From positions 434,001 through 498,000 of the forward strand of contig NC_134025.1 in the NCBI RefSeq assembly GCF_964204645.1: a DNA stretch of 64,000 nt, in the 5' to 3' direction. Within the stretch, counting starts at the first letter, position 1, and each line of letters starts with the position of its first letter. The notes under the pieces are model-generated. The model saw nothing but the letters and a program-made list of their open reading frames with translations. It had not been told where the DNA came from and did no database searches. The position numbers and the translations under genes are program-made. Below are positions 13,374 through 24,510 of the stretch, in pieces. Origin of the DNA: Tubulanus polymorphus. Its lineage: Eukaryota > Animalia > Nemertea.

Positions 13374-13650
13374 TGATCGTATCGTCATCTATATCGTACT
13401 AATCGTATCTCGCACTAATTATCGTGAACATGTGTATCCGTCTGCTTTCTGTGTATCCGTCTGCTTTCTGTGTATCTGTCTGTATTAGTGAAACAATAAA
13501 GCATTTTCTATTTCAGTTTCCAGTTGTAACAAAAAAAAAGAAAATCATTTCGTTACAAAATATTCCATAACTTGTTCTATTGATCATGAATTAATTCATT
13601 TATTCCTGTCAATTTTGCATTGACTGATGTTTTCTGTTTGGGGGTGAATG

Positions 13651-14703
13651 TTAGTTCACTGAGAATGAAGCGCGACATGAGGCCCAAATCCTACTGAAAA
13701 TAATGTAGGTCTCTAAACGGAATCTTTTATTTGTTAAACAGTAAACGGAAAAATTAACACAAGAATCAAACATTGACATTAACAGTGAAATCTTACGAAG
13801 AACCATTTGATCTATTCCAGATATAGTCAATGAACTAATAAAATAGGGCAGTCGATCGACACATCCGGGAAACTCACAAATAATATAAACCACGACAACT
13901 GCTGAAACCATCTTCAATATTCCTGCATCTTTATCCCGGGCAGAAGCGCCACCTATTAGCGATTTGCGTCGTTTCCCGGCCCAATTATACACGACAAACA
14001 GAATTGCGTTAACAATTAACAGAAGGGAGATTGGTAGGTAAACCATACCAATGGGGACTGTATATCTGGTACTGATACCTGCAATGAAATGCCTCCTAGG
14101 ACGAACACGAATATCTGTATACTCCGGCCAGTAAACTGTATAAGTGTACTGACCAGGTTTTAGACACGGCCATCTCGTTAAACCCGGTATTATGTTGGGA
14201 ACCATAAACGGATAGTAAAGTAATATTGATACTAATAACAACAATAAACATAGTAAATTAATAGTTAAAGGTTTCCAGTGGCGTTTATATTTCAACGGGA
14301 AAATAATGACTAAAATTCTCTCTAAACTCACAACAACAACGAACCAGTTTCTGACAAACTGTGATGGATAAAAGCCAAAGTAGGCTACAATTATAAACCA
14401 CCAACCAAAATACCAGTCATCATAACGAAAAACCAAGTCTCCCAGATTACTGTAGATAAAATACGTTCTCAGCGGATACATGGTAAAAGACGATAAACTG
14501 AACGCAAGATCAGCGATTGCTAAAATACCGAGAGTGTGATAACAATTATTGCGTAGTCTCTTTATAACGACAATAGTGAGTAAATTCAGCAGAATACCGC
14601 AAACAGTGACAGGACCCATTCCTATCATGTACATATAAACACTGAACTGATATTCCCATATGATTTTTTTAGCGCAATGATACTGTGAACTATTCACTGC
14701 CAT
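13651..14703 (-). CDS. Intronless rhodopsin-class GPCR (FMRFamide/peptide-receptor-like or chemoreceptor-like), copy 1
   Basis: 350 aa, 7 hydrophobic segments, GILLN (TM1), LAIADL (TM2), SLERI (DRY equivalent), CEFP (TM6), DSCVNFSVY (TM7). Confidence 0.93.
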   Translation of the reverse strand: MAVNSSQYHCAKKIIWEYQFSVYMYMIGMGPVTVCGILLNLLTIVVIKRLRNNCYHTLGILAIADLAFSLSSFTMYPLRTYFIYSNLGDLVFRYDDWYFGWWFIIVAYFGFYPSQFVRNWFVVVVSLERILVIIFPLKYKRHWKPLTINLLCLLLLLVSILLYYPFMVPNIIPGLTRWPCLKPGQYTYTVYWPEYTDIRVRPRRHFIAGISTRYTVPIGMVYLPISLLLIVNAILFVVYNWAGKRRKSLIGGASARDKDAGILKMVSAVVVVYIICEFPGCVDRLPYFISSLTISGIDQMVLRKISLLMSMFDSCVNFSVYCLTNKRFRLETYIIFSRIWASCRASFSVN

Positions 14704-15970
14704 GATGATACGCGCACACCGCGACGGTTACTTTAGTATGAACTATACTCAAAAATATATATATACCTCCCAACACATCGCACTGATACAACGCGTATGC
14801 TTTCTTCAACTCAACTCGACACAAAACATTCAAAATGATGAACATTTTAGGACAATCCGTTGTTATTTCATGAACCAGGCATAATGGCCAACACGCGTGG
14901 AAATCGAAATAGATACAGCGCAAAATATAAATGCTTTTAAAATCGATTATTTAATTCCAAACAATGTGGTTGAACTATACCGGCACCGCGCATACATTTT
15001 CTGTGAGGTTTATACACGTAGAATATAATACAATGGTTGATCTACATCAGTCAATATTTGGTAATAATTCTTCAGATTCCTCAGTTAGATGACATAGCCT
15101 CACTCTCGTCCACTCTCAGGCCAAATATTCATAGTCAATGATCCGTATTAATTTCTAATATTTCACAAGAAACCAGTGGCCGGTAATCAGTGATTAGAGA
15201 GGACCAATTTCTACTAGTTTGAACCCGAACGAAAGTGTCCTCGGGGTTTGAAACTATTCTTCCTTTGGCATGTGAGTGATCGCTACGCTGCCCGTTTACC
15301 AATCCCAAATACAATCGCTGCACAACGTAGTTCCATTATAAGTGGCTTAAAAACTATCTTTTAAAGCAGAATATTTTAATGTAACGTTTTTTATTGATGA
15401 AATTAAATAAATAATTCGTATTTTAAACTGGACAATCGAATCGATCAATGCTGACAATCTTCAAATAGAAAACTCTCATGTGACCAGTAACATACAAAGG
15501 ATTAACGCCTAGTTAATCCTTTAAATGCGTTCATGGTTACTGGTCGATGTTTTAATCTGGGGCGGTTTTCTTTCTCACTAGTTGTAGACTGTGACGTCAC
15601 TTTTTTGTTCATGCACGCAATTCATTCATAGTAAATACAATGTGTTTATACATTTATTTTAAAAGTGTTGAAATAAACTAAGGTTATATATTGTTCAAAA
15701 TATTAATTGTTTGTTGCAGATGAGATGAGATGCTGGTGTATACGGATAGTTTAGTTCTGTTCATCTGGATCCAGTTCCACAGTTGTCAACTCATTCCAAG
15801 GTTGATTCCAGGATTCACAAAAATGAACTATAGTTCCAGTACAGTAGAACTTAAACCGGGAACTGAGCAACTGGATCTTGAGATTAAACAAATGTTTGCA
15901 AATTCAAACAGGAATTTTTCACACTTGTGCAGTCTGTACGCATACGAACACGGCTTTGACCATGGATTGT

Positions 15971-17014
15971 TCAGAACCGATTTAATCGACTACTAAGTTT
16001 ATTGAAAATTTTGGTCGTCTCTAAACAGAATTTCTTATTTGTTAAACAATAAACGGAAAAATTGACACAAGAATCAAACATGGACAATAACAGGGAGATT
16101 TTTCGTAGGACCATTTTATCAACTGTACCAAAAATTGTACGATAGATGAAATCGGGAAGTCGTTCCAAAATAGCAGGAAATTCACAAATAATATAGAGAA
16201 CAACAACTGCTGAAACCGTCTTCAATATTCCTGCATCTTTATCCTGAGCAGAAGCGCCACCTATTAGTGATTTGCGTCGTTTTCTCGTCCAATTATATAC
16301 GACAAATAGAATTGTGTTTGAAATTAACAGAAATGTGATTGGTAAGTAATTAATGTTCGTGGTTATTCTATAATGACCACTTTCCTTCAAAAAATGACCC
16401 CCAGAATGAACATGAATCACATCTGTATACTCCGGCCAGTAAATTGTGTAAGCGTACTGACCTGGTTTTAGACACGGCCATCTCGTTAACAAGCCCGGTA
16501 ATTTGTAGGGAACAATGCTATTATAATAAAATATTACTGCAATCAATAGGATCACGAAGCAGAGTAAATTAATAGTTGAAGGTTTCCAGTAACGTTTATA
16601 TTTCAATGGGAAAATAATGACTAAAATTCTCTCTAAACTCACAACAACAACCAGCCAGTTTCTGGAAAACTGTGACGAATACAGTCCTATATAGGCGATA
16701 ACTATGAACCACCAGCCAAACATCCAGTCATCATAACGAAAAACCAAGTCTCCCAGATTACTGTAGATAAAATACGTTCTCAGCGGATACATGGTAAAAG
16801 ATGATAAACTGAACGCAAGATCAGCGATTGCTAAAATACCGAGAGTATGATAACAATTATTGCGTAGTCTCTTTATAACGACAATAGTGAGTAAATTCAA
16901 CAGAATTCCGCAAATGGTGACAGGACCCATTCCTATCATGTACATATAAACACTGAACTGATAGTTCCATCTTATTTTCTGAGAACAGTGATACTGTGAA
17001 CTATTCACTGCCAT
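15971..17014 (-). CDS. Intronless rhodopsin-class GPCR, tandem paralog, copy 2
   Basis: Near-identical N-terminal half to copy 1; ATG placed at MAVNSSQY (17014) by homology. Confidence 0.93.
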   Translation of the reverse strand: MAVNSSQYHCSQKIRWNYQFSVYMYMIGMGPVTICGILLNLLTIVVIKRLRNNCYHTLGILAIADLAFSLSSFTMYPLRTYFIYSNLGDLVFRYDDWMFGWWFIVIAYIGLYSSQFSRNWLVVVVSLERILVIIFPLKYKRYWKPSTINLLCFVILLIAVIFYYNSIVPYKLPGLLTRWPCLKPGQYAYTIYWPEYTDVIHVHSGGHFLKESGHYRITTNINYLPITFLLISNTILFVVYNWTRKRRKSLIGGASAQDKDAGILKTVSAVVVLYIICEFPAILERLPDFIYRTIFGTVDKMVLRKISLLLSMFDSCVNFSVYCLTNKKFCLETTKIFNKLSSRLNRF

Positions 17015-17321
17015 GATCCGCACATCAATAGCGCAAAGGTAGCTTTAGCGCGAGTTCTGCGGCTGCTGTTCAAATATGAATTAAGTTATTACAAACGTTT
17101 GCTATAGTTCGACTCACCACAAAACACTAATAGCCAAATCTCATTAGGATCCATAAGTTGTTATAACAAACCCCTTTCGGCGTTGGATGAGAACCGAAAT
17201 GATACGATACGATATTGTTGTCGTTGCACTAATGATGGCAAATACGTGTGAATTCAATTCAAACACACAACGAAATATGAATGCGTTAAAATTGATTATT
17301 CAATTGCACTAGGCTCTCGAC

Positions 17322-17465
17322 CACAGGGGCTCGTCACGATAGCTGGGGGTCCAAAATCAAAGATTTGACCCAGTATCCTAGGTACCACCTTTTTATAGGT
17401 GGTATCTAGGATACTGGGTCAAATGTTTGATTTTGGACTCTCAGCTATCGTGACGGGCCCCTGTG
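17322..17465. mobile_element. Near-perfectly palindromic MITE with 8-bp TSD (P/hAT-like)
   Basis: CACAGGGGCTCGTCACGATAGCTG...CAGCTATCGTGACGGGCCCCTGTG flanked by the direct repeat CTCTCGAC (17314-17321 and 17466-17473). Confidence 0.88.
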
Positions 17466-17815
17466 CTCTCGACAACCCAGGCCTCGGCCACAGTTCCCAT
17501 GGTGCGCGTACCCACTGGTGCGGGTTTGGGTCGACTAATTTTACTAGTAGTATGAAGAATCGCCTTTCAAAAATGGGCAGTTGTGTAGTTTCAGTACTGA
17601 GCAAGAATTTCAGGACCGCCTGTGGTGCCTTTTGAGTTCCGGCCCGGCCAACAACGATCAGTATACATCTATAAAATTTCCATTCGGTAAATAGTTTGCC
17701 CAAAGACTCTGGCATGCAAGTAAAAAGTTAGTTCGCGTCTTTTCCGCTAACGTTATGTATAGAGGCAGCACTTTACGGTATACTTCACCATCAATTCAAT
17801 TAATAAATCAACAAA

Positions 17816-19020
17816 ATGGCTGCCGTTTTTGGAAGATTGATCGTGAATAAAGTGAATTTGTGTCGATTATCAGCGACTGGATCATTTTCTTCCCACTCGA
17901 GAATACTTTCTAGATATTTCAGTTCGACTCCGAGATTCAGCCTCAAAAAAGGTGCTTCATCTATTTCACAAAACACCACATTAATATTCAATTCCAATAA
18001 TTTTATTGATCATATATTCTAATTGCACTTGCAGTTGTTGAGAATACTGAAGGTGATGTTACGACGGTCAGTTCTAATTTATCCTTCTATGAGTAATCGC
18101 TACCTGATTCTCTATGTGTTTAATTTTCATAATTTATCAATTGCGTTTTTTTATTTTCCAGATCGAAGGAAAATATATAAAATCAGCGAGAGAAGAATTT
18201 ATGGTAAAATCGCCAGAAGAAAAAGAGATTCAACCAGCTGAAGAAAGTGCGGCCAGTCATCAGAAACCGTGTCCTCTTTGTGCTCTAGATTTAGAAGTGA
18301 AATATACGGTAAAATATCAATGGTTCAACCCTATCAATTATTGATGGAAATCACCACTAGGGGGCAACCAGGTGCCTGGTGATGATACTACTTTATTTAC
18401 CCCCAGTTTGAGATATTTTTGAATTGTTATTTTTAGGATGTTTTGATAATCAGTCAGTTTTTACGTCCCGATGGTTGCCCGTTACCAAGACGTGTTACCG
18501 GACTTTGTAATAAACAACAAAGGAGATTAATGAAATTAACTCGACAAGCTCAACAAGCAGGTATTAACCAAACTGGCATTAAAATAAAACGATTTTCTGA
18601 TTTTCTGTGGTCAGTTGCCCAAAAGTTGGTAGTAGTTTATTGGTGAACAAATGCCAGAGATATTCGCATTTCAATTGTCACTATCTTATTCATTATCTAT
18701 CAGTTTACTTTCAAATAATTTTTGGGTAGTGACTGACCTCTGATCGTTTTGTGTTGATAGCTGACACGTTTATTTTAGTTCAGATAGGCTAATAGTTAAT
18801 CGACGAATTATAATCTCATATTTAATCGATCGTTGATTTTTTAATTCCAGGTTTGATGCCTGAATTGAGGCCAGACCTTCCCGGAGGAAAACAAAGGCAA
18901 CATATTAAAAGTCAATATAAATTCAAGAAATATAACGTTTATTTCATGACTCGCGAAGAAAAGAAAATGTTTCGACAAAAACAATGGGAAAATTCAGTGA
19001 ATATACGAATGAATATCTGA
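17816..19020 (+). CDS. MRPS18A: Mitochondrial ribosomal protein S18A (mL66)
   Basis: Exons 17816-17951, 18035-18066, 18162-18308, 18437-18560, 18851-19020. Mitochondrial-targeting-like N-terminus, VVENTEGDVTTIEG, CPLC..KYTDVLIISQFLRPDG..LPRRVTGLC..AQQAGLMP. Confidence 0.9.
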
Positions 19021-19519
19021 AGAATAATGAATAAATTAATTTATCTTATATTCATTTGTTATTAATTCATTTTCCTGAGCAGAGACAAAACCCTTATTTG
19101 TTCCAGTCCTCCCCCCCCCCCCCCCCGAGTCAATCCTTGATCCCTCTCAAGACCTGATCTATCCTTATCCATTTATAGTCTAGTACCAAGCCGTCATTCT
19201 ACAAACACTGTTGTAGGGAACCGGTAACAACGACTGGTATTCAGACTAGGTTTAATCATGGCTAGCATTTGAAACTACTTCATTGTCTGGTATTCAGCAG
19301 GTTAGGGCAGGGGGGATACCAACACTGGTATTCAGTATTCAGGGGACTGGTTCAGACTAATCCATTCAATACATGAAAAACTAATGAATTTCTCGTATGA
19401 CAATAGAAACAATATTTTATTACAATTCTTTAATAAATTAAACAATAAGTTCTGTTGAATTGGATCAATAAATGAATTGTATGTTTATATATACAGTAGG
19501 ATGGATGTTATTGATTTTT

Positions 19520-21284
19520 TTACAAAGCAAACGGTAAATCTTTATTGATTTCTCCGGTTCCGACGTAAACCGAACCGAAACGATTCATTCCTGGAACGTG
19601 ATAGAAAACGTAACCGAGCCACAATAGACTACGCAATATTACTAAACCGCTTCCTTTTTCAAACTGTAAACTCCACGACCCTAGAAAATATCACAACAAA
19701 ACACTTTTAAAATTCAATTCATATTAGAACAAAAAGTTCAGCTAATTCGTCGATATCACATTACTGAAATCATGTTTTGGGTCCTAATTTGTATTTCCAA
19801 TTCAATTAAGTAAAGGCATAAGTTTTATTATGAGTGCACTCTTTTATCAGATCAGAAAATCCATTAGCCTCCAACTGTTCTCTATTTTTGGTAATGTGAC
19901 TCTTTGGAGAGTCCAAAACCTCCTTTCCGTCGAGGTGGTGTGATTCAGATTTTGTGTGGGGCCAACCAGAGTTTTTTGACTTAGGAGGTCATAAAAGAGT
20001 ACGCCCAAAGTCATCGTAATTATGCCGATGTTAAACAATCTTGACTATATTCAAGTTTTACGGGAATATTTGTTACCTTTTGGTTCGTCGTCTTCAAGAG
20101 AATCCAAAAAATCAATTCCTTTATCGAGATCAGCCCTTTCCAGTAAACTCTTTTTATTCAGATTCACAGCATCACGGAAATGAAAATATGATCCAAGTTT
20201 GGCTGCTTCTGTTACATTTAAACCTGAAAATAGATGAATAATTGAATTGTTTAAACAAATATCACACATAAAAGATTCTGTCAGGGTTCTTAGCTTCATT
20301 CACTGATTTACATGACTTATATCTGTATTGTTCACATTCTAAGTATTGATTTTTAAGCTAAAATACATGACCAGACACAAATTGAAAACATTATTGTTGT
20401 CTGTTAAGATTTGACTCTTGAACTAATTCTAACTTCACGGAGAACTGTGGAACTTTTAGTCAGTAACCTGTCTGTGGTTTAGTTTCACGATCGATTATAC
20501 CACCAACGATTAGGTAACTAACTATGGAACCGCCTGATATATCTTAAGAATGGGGATGATTTTTTGAAAACTTTACCTTCAAAACAGCGATTTTTCTGCA
20601 CTTCTCCCGTCGACTGTTTGACGAACGCCCCTCGAGGAATTATAAATACATCCTCTCCTATTTCAGCAATCACTGACGCCAGACGGTCCTCTTCTTTAAT
20701 AGTGATCTAAAAATAGAATGAAACAATCAGAGAATGGCAATCAAGAGTGAGAGAGGGAGTGAGAAAGAGAGAGTTGCTCTTACTGTTTCTTCTTCTTCCT
20801 GAGTCTCTTCCCCATCTGCGGTTTTCTTTATTTCGGTATGTTCGTACTCGTATGATGGATCACCGATGAATCGACCTTTAGCTAGTTTACTCTGTTCTCT
20901 CATGGCTTGCGTCGCAGGCGCCAACAATCCCCACTTTGTACAGTCTTTGCTGAAAATATACAATCATACATTGACAAAGAATTGTAGTAGAGAGGAAATA
21001 TTTGTTTGAAGCAACATTTGTCCTGTCAATAAGATACGTTATAAAATTCGTTTTTACCTGTAGAATGTTTTTCTATCCGCCAGTTCATCTGATGAAACTC
21101 CTTGAGCGATGAAATAATTATCTTTGATGCCCAAAATTTTACCCCAGAAATAAACTTTGTGAAATTTGTTCTCATCTTTAAGAATGACCAGTGAATTCAT
21201 CAATGCAGCTTTCTGTTCTGGGTTTAATATAGCCCCAGAACTGCCCACATAATCAACTGCTAAATGTAAATCTACTGAATCCAT
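19520..21284 (-). CDS. RSPH9: Radial spoke head protein 9
   Basis: Exons 21284-21058, 20949-20784, 20706-20577, 20223-20077, 19680-19520. Motifs FWGKILGIKDNYFIAQG, GRFIGDPSYEYE, IKEEDRLA, GSWSLQFE..LRSLLWLG..GTGEINKDLPF. Confidence 0.95.
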
Positions 21285-21470
21285 GTTTTACGTGAGGAAT
21301 TTACAGAAAAACTGCCGTCGTCAAAGTGTTTTATTTACAAGCACAAACCCGGAAGTGAAATCTGTTTATTATCGTCGTCATGACAACGTTCGCTAGCGGC
21401 GCTGGGTTGACGGAAACGGAAACGGGGGTTTCCGAACACCATCGCCATCTACATCCGGTTAATTGTCAAA
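21285..21470. promoter_or_regulatory. Short bidirectional promoter (RSPH9 / KXD1) with RFX X-box and ETS site
   Basis: Head-to-head ATGs 186 bp apart; CCGGAAGTG at 21349-21357; GTCGTCATGACAAC at 21374-21387 fits the X-box consensus GTNNYYATRRNAAC. Confidence 0.7.
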
Positions 21471-21974
21471 ATGGATGAAAATGGAGATGATGCGAGTGTC
21501 TCCAATTCATCCGACGTTTTCTTACAAACATTATCAGAATTCATTGATAGAAATCACGTGAATTATTTAGTATCGACTCAGCAGCATATGATGTGCAGAT
21601 TCGAGAAAACTAATGAAATGTTGCTGAATTTTAACGTATTATCAGAAAATCGATACCAAGCATCGGTGAACGAATTCAAAAAACACACTCAACTCCTGAC
21701 TGATATGAAAAAAGATTTAGATACAGTTTTTAAACGGATCCGAGTTTTAAAACAAACATTGAGTAAACAGTATCCAGATTCATTTGCGGTTTGCAGTGAC
21801 GTGTACGTGATGCCACCGGAGGAAGCAGAATTCAGTACAACAGCATCAGGAGGAGAGGAATTAGAGGACGATCAACAAACTGTAGTCGACCCAGAAACTC
21901 CTAAAACACCGAAAATATTACCAGATGGTACAACAGAGGGCGCTCTTTTATTCCCGGACGTAACTAGTGATTAG
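21471..21974 (+). CDS. KXD1: KxDL motif-containing protein 1 (BORC subunit), intronless
   Basis: 167 aa; RFEKTNEMLLNFNVLS..FKKHTQLLTDMKKDLDTVFKRIRVLK..YPDSF matches the KxDL family. Confidence 0.93.
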   Translation: MDENGDDASVSNSSDVFLQTLSEFIDRNHVNYLVSTQQHMMCRFEKTNEMLLNFNVLSENRYQASVNEFKKHTQLLTDMKKDLDTVFKRIRVLKQTLSKQYPDSFAVCSDVYVMPPEEAEFSTTASGGEELEDDQQTVVDPETPKTPKILPDGTTEGALLFPDVTSD

Positions 21975-21988
21975 AAACGGAGAGAGAA

Positions 21989-24021
21989 ATGGCTTCATTT
22001 GAGTCGATGTCTGCTGTCCGATCAGGGGATATCCACTCCGAAGACCTCCGATCAGGGGATATCCACTCCGAGGACCTCCGTTCAGGGGATATCCACTCCA
22101 AGGACCTACGATCAGGGGATATCCACTCCGAGGACCTACGATCAGGGGATATCCACTCCGAGGACCTCCGATCAGGGGATATCCACTCCGAGGACCGCCG
22201 ATCAGGGGATATGCACTCCGAGGACCTCCGATCAGGGGATATCCACTCCGAGGACCTCCGATCAGGGGATATCCACTCCGAGGACTTCCGATCAGGGGAT
22301 ATCCACTCCGAGGACTTCCGATCGGGGGATGTTCATATAGTTCTGAAATGTCCTCCTCATAAACTCATAAATATCAGTGATTGTTGTGTGAAATTATCGC
22401 GTAATTCCAATCGTAAAATAATCAGCGTTTCTAAGGAAACGGAGATTGATAAACAATGGATCGATTTACAGAAATGTAACAGTAAATTATTCAACGCGTT
22501 AAAATTTAGATTGAATTCTGTGTCGTGTGAAAACGATTTCGTTTCTATAGAATTAGGAATTACTTGTTATAAAGATTTTCTCTGTACGAATTTGTCGCCA
22601 TCTGGTGTTCAGTTTTATAACTACGGCGTTGAGAAGTTTAATAATCGTCAGGCGTGTTTCTCCGATGCGATCGGAGTCGGAGCCTTTGTAGAAACAATCG
22701 ATGAATTCATCATTTTATTGAAGCGTAGTTCATCATGTGCCGAGGCACCCGGGGTCTGGGATAGACCCGGTGGACATCCTGAACCTCAGGTAAAAACAGC
22801 AAAACTCGACTTAAAGTCATCATCTGCTAAGTCTTAAAGTGATCTCTATTTTCTTGTCTGAATTTCTATTTTCAATGAGATACCGGCTACTGAGGGAAGC
22901 GAGGATTCAGCGATAATCTGCCAGGTGTCGCTAGTGGCACTGGGTTACCGCGCTTCAATTTCATTTCAATAAACTTCGAGTCAAATTTTCTGATTAGTAA
23001 ATCAATTTTCAGTGAAATCATTACCATCCACTGAGTGAGAAAGGAAATCTTATAATTATCCGATGACTCGTTTGATAATTTCCGGATTTGGAAGCTTAAA
23101 AATAATGTTCAAATTTCATTGAAAATAAACCGATTTTCACTACGAGTAACCCAGTGATCTGTTGCGCCATCTGGTGTTGCTGGTATCCCATTAAATTAAC
23201 AAAGTGTAATTCATCTACATAATCATTCCAGCTTAATGAGATGACTTACGCAAGTTTCACTGTACATGTTTACAATCTCACTGCTCACTTGCCACAACCC
23301 TGTGAGTCTGTATAATGTCTATTGTTGTTGTAGGAGTGTAGCCTATCGACTGATCAAGATGATTTGTATGATATTCCTGGTGAAGTTGTAATCACTGAAA
23401 TATTCCAATCCGTTCTACGTGAAGTTAGAGATGAAGTGAATATAGACCTGGAGCAATTAAATCAACCGTTATTGATGGGTATTGCTAGGAATCCTCGCAA
23501 TTTTGGAAAACCAAGTGCTGAATTTTATATCAAGTGAGTAGAAATATTTACGGTTCTACAGTAAGCTGCTCCGCACCAGTCAACTCTGGATAAAACACTC
23601 TCAAGTTTTGGGTGAAATTTACCGTGATTCTCTGATACAGTAAACCATGATTAATTCGTCATTTTACTGAAGTCATCTTAATTCGTACTTCTTATTTTAA
23701 TTACTTAAGTGTAAGTTGTCATTTGGATAATGTCGTGCACATCCAATCTATGACTGAATTTCATTGAACTGATTTAGTATTTCAGTTTAATATTGTCTTA
23801 TCTCATTTAGATGCAACGTTACCTCGGAGGAAATCAAGCACAATTATCAGAAAGGAACTCAGACAGAAGCCGACGAATCTACGAGTATAAACTTCATACG
23901 TATCGACGATATTCATAGATTAGATAAACTTTCAATTTGGACACAGTTGACTCCGGCTGCTAAAGCTGCATTCTATCTATACACAGAAACCAATGTGGAA
24001 CCGCTGAGCAGAACCGAATAA
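21989..24021 (+). CDS. NUDT22: Nudix hydrolase 22 (UDP-glucose pyrophosphatase-like)
   Basis: Exons 21989-22789, 23334-23533, 23811-24021. Motifs LFNALKFR, LGITCYKDFLCTN, IGVGA, PGGHPEPQ, EIFQSVLREVRDEVN, GKPSAEF, EADES, LTPAAK. Confidence 0.92.
22019..22336 (+). repeat. In-frame 30-bp coding minisatellite (RSGDIHSEDL x10 + partial)
   Basis: CGATCAGGGGATATCCACTCCGAGGACCTC tandem, no frameshift, contiguous with the NUDT22 domain. Confidence 0.95.
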
Positions 24022-24510
24022 CCGTGAAATCCTAGATTTCAGTAAATTTGCAGTTTATTTATATTTTTATCGATTAATGATTTAATGATTACAAAACCAG
24101 TTTCGTATCATGTTGTAGTCAATTCCTCAGCATTCGCGCGCAAACAAAAATTGCAATTCATAAATAGCTGGTTATTATTTATACAAATATTTAAACCTTA
24201 ATCGTATGTGATTATTATATTCAATGCTGTGTACAAACATAAATCCGGTTTAAATGCAATGAAAAATAAATTTGAAAATTTGTGAAGAAATCAACTTTTT
24301 CTCTTCGGTATTTTAAATTCAGTCAAAATTGTCAAGAGACCACAACTGAATTCTGGGTCCTAATGACCTCACATTCTGATTCATCAAATGAGTCTCTTGC
24401 TGACTGACCTCATATCGAATGAGGCCTTACAGTAGTCTCCTACTGACTGACCTCACATCGAATGAGGCATTACACCTGTCTCCAACTGACTGACCTCGCA
24501 ATAAATGAGT

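Noticed and set aside
21960-21991. KXD1-NUDT22 fusion by stop-codon readthrough or frameshift
   Set aside because: The frames differ, the NUDT22 frame has TGA at 21968, and no slippery site is evident.
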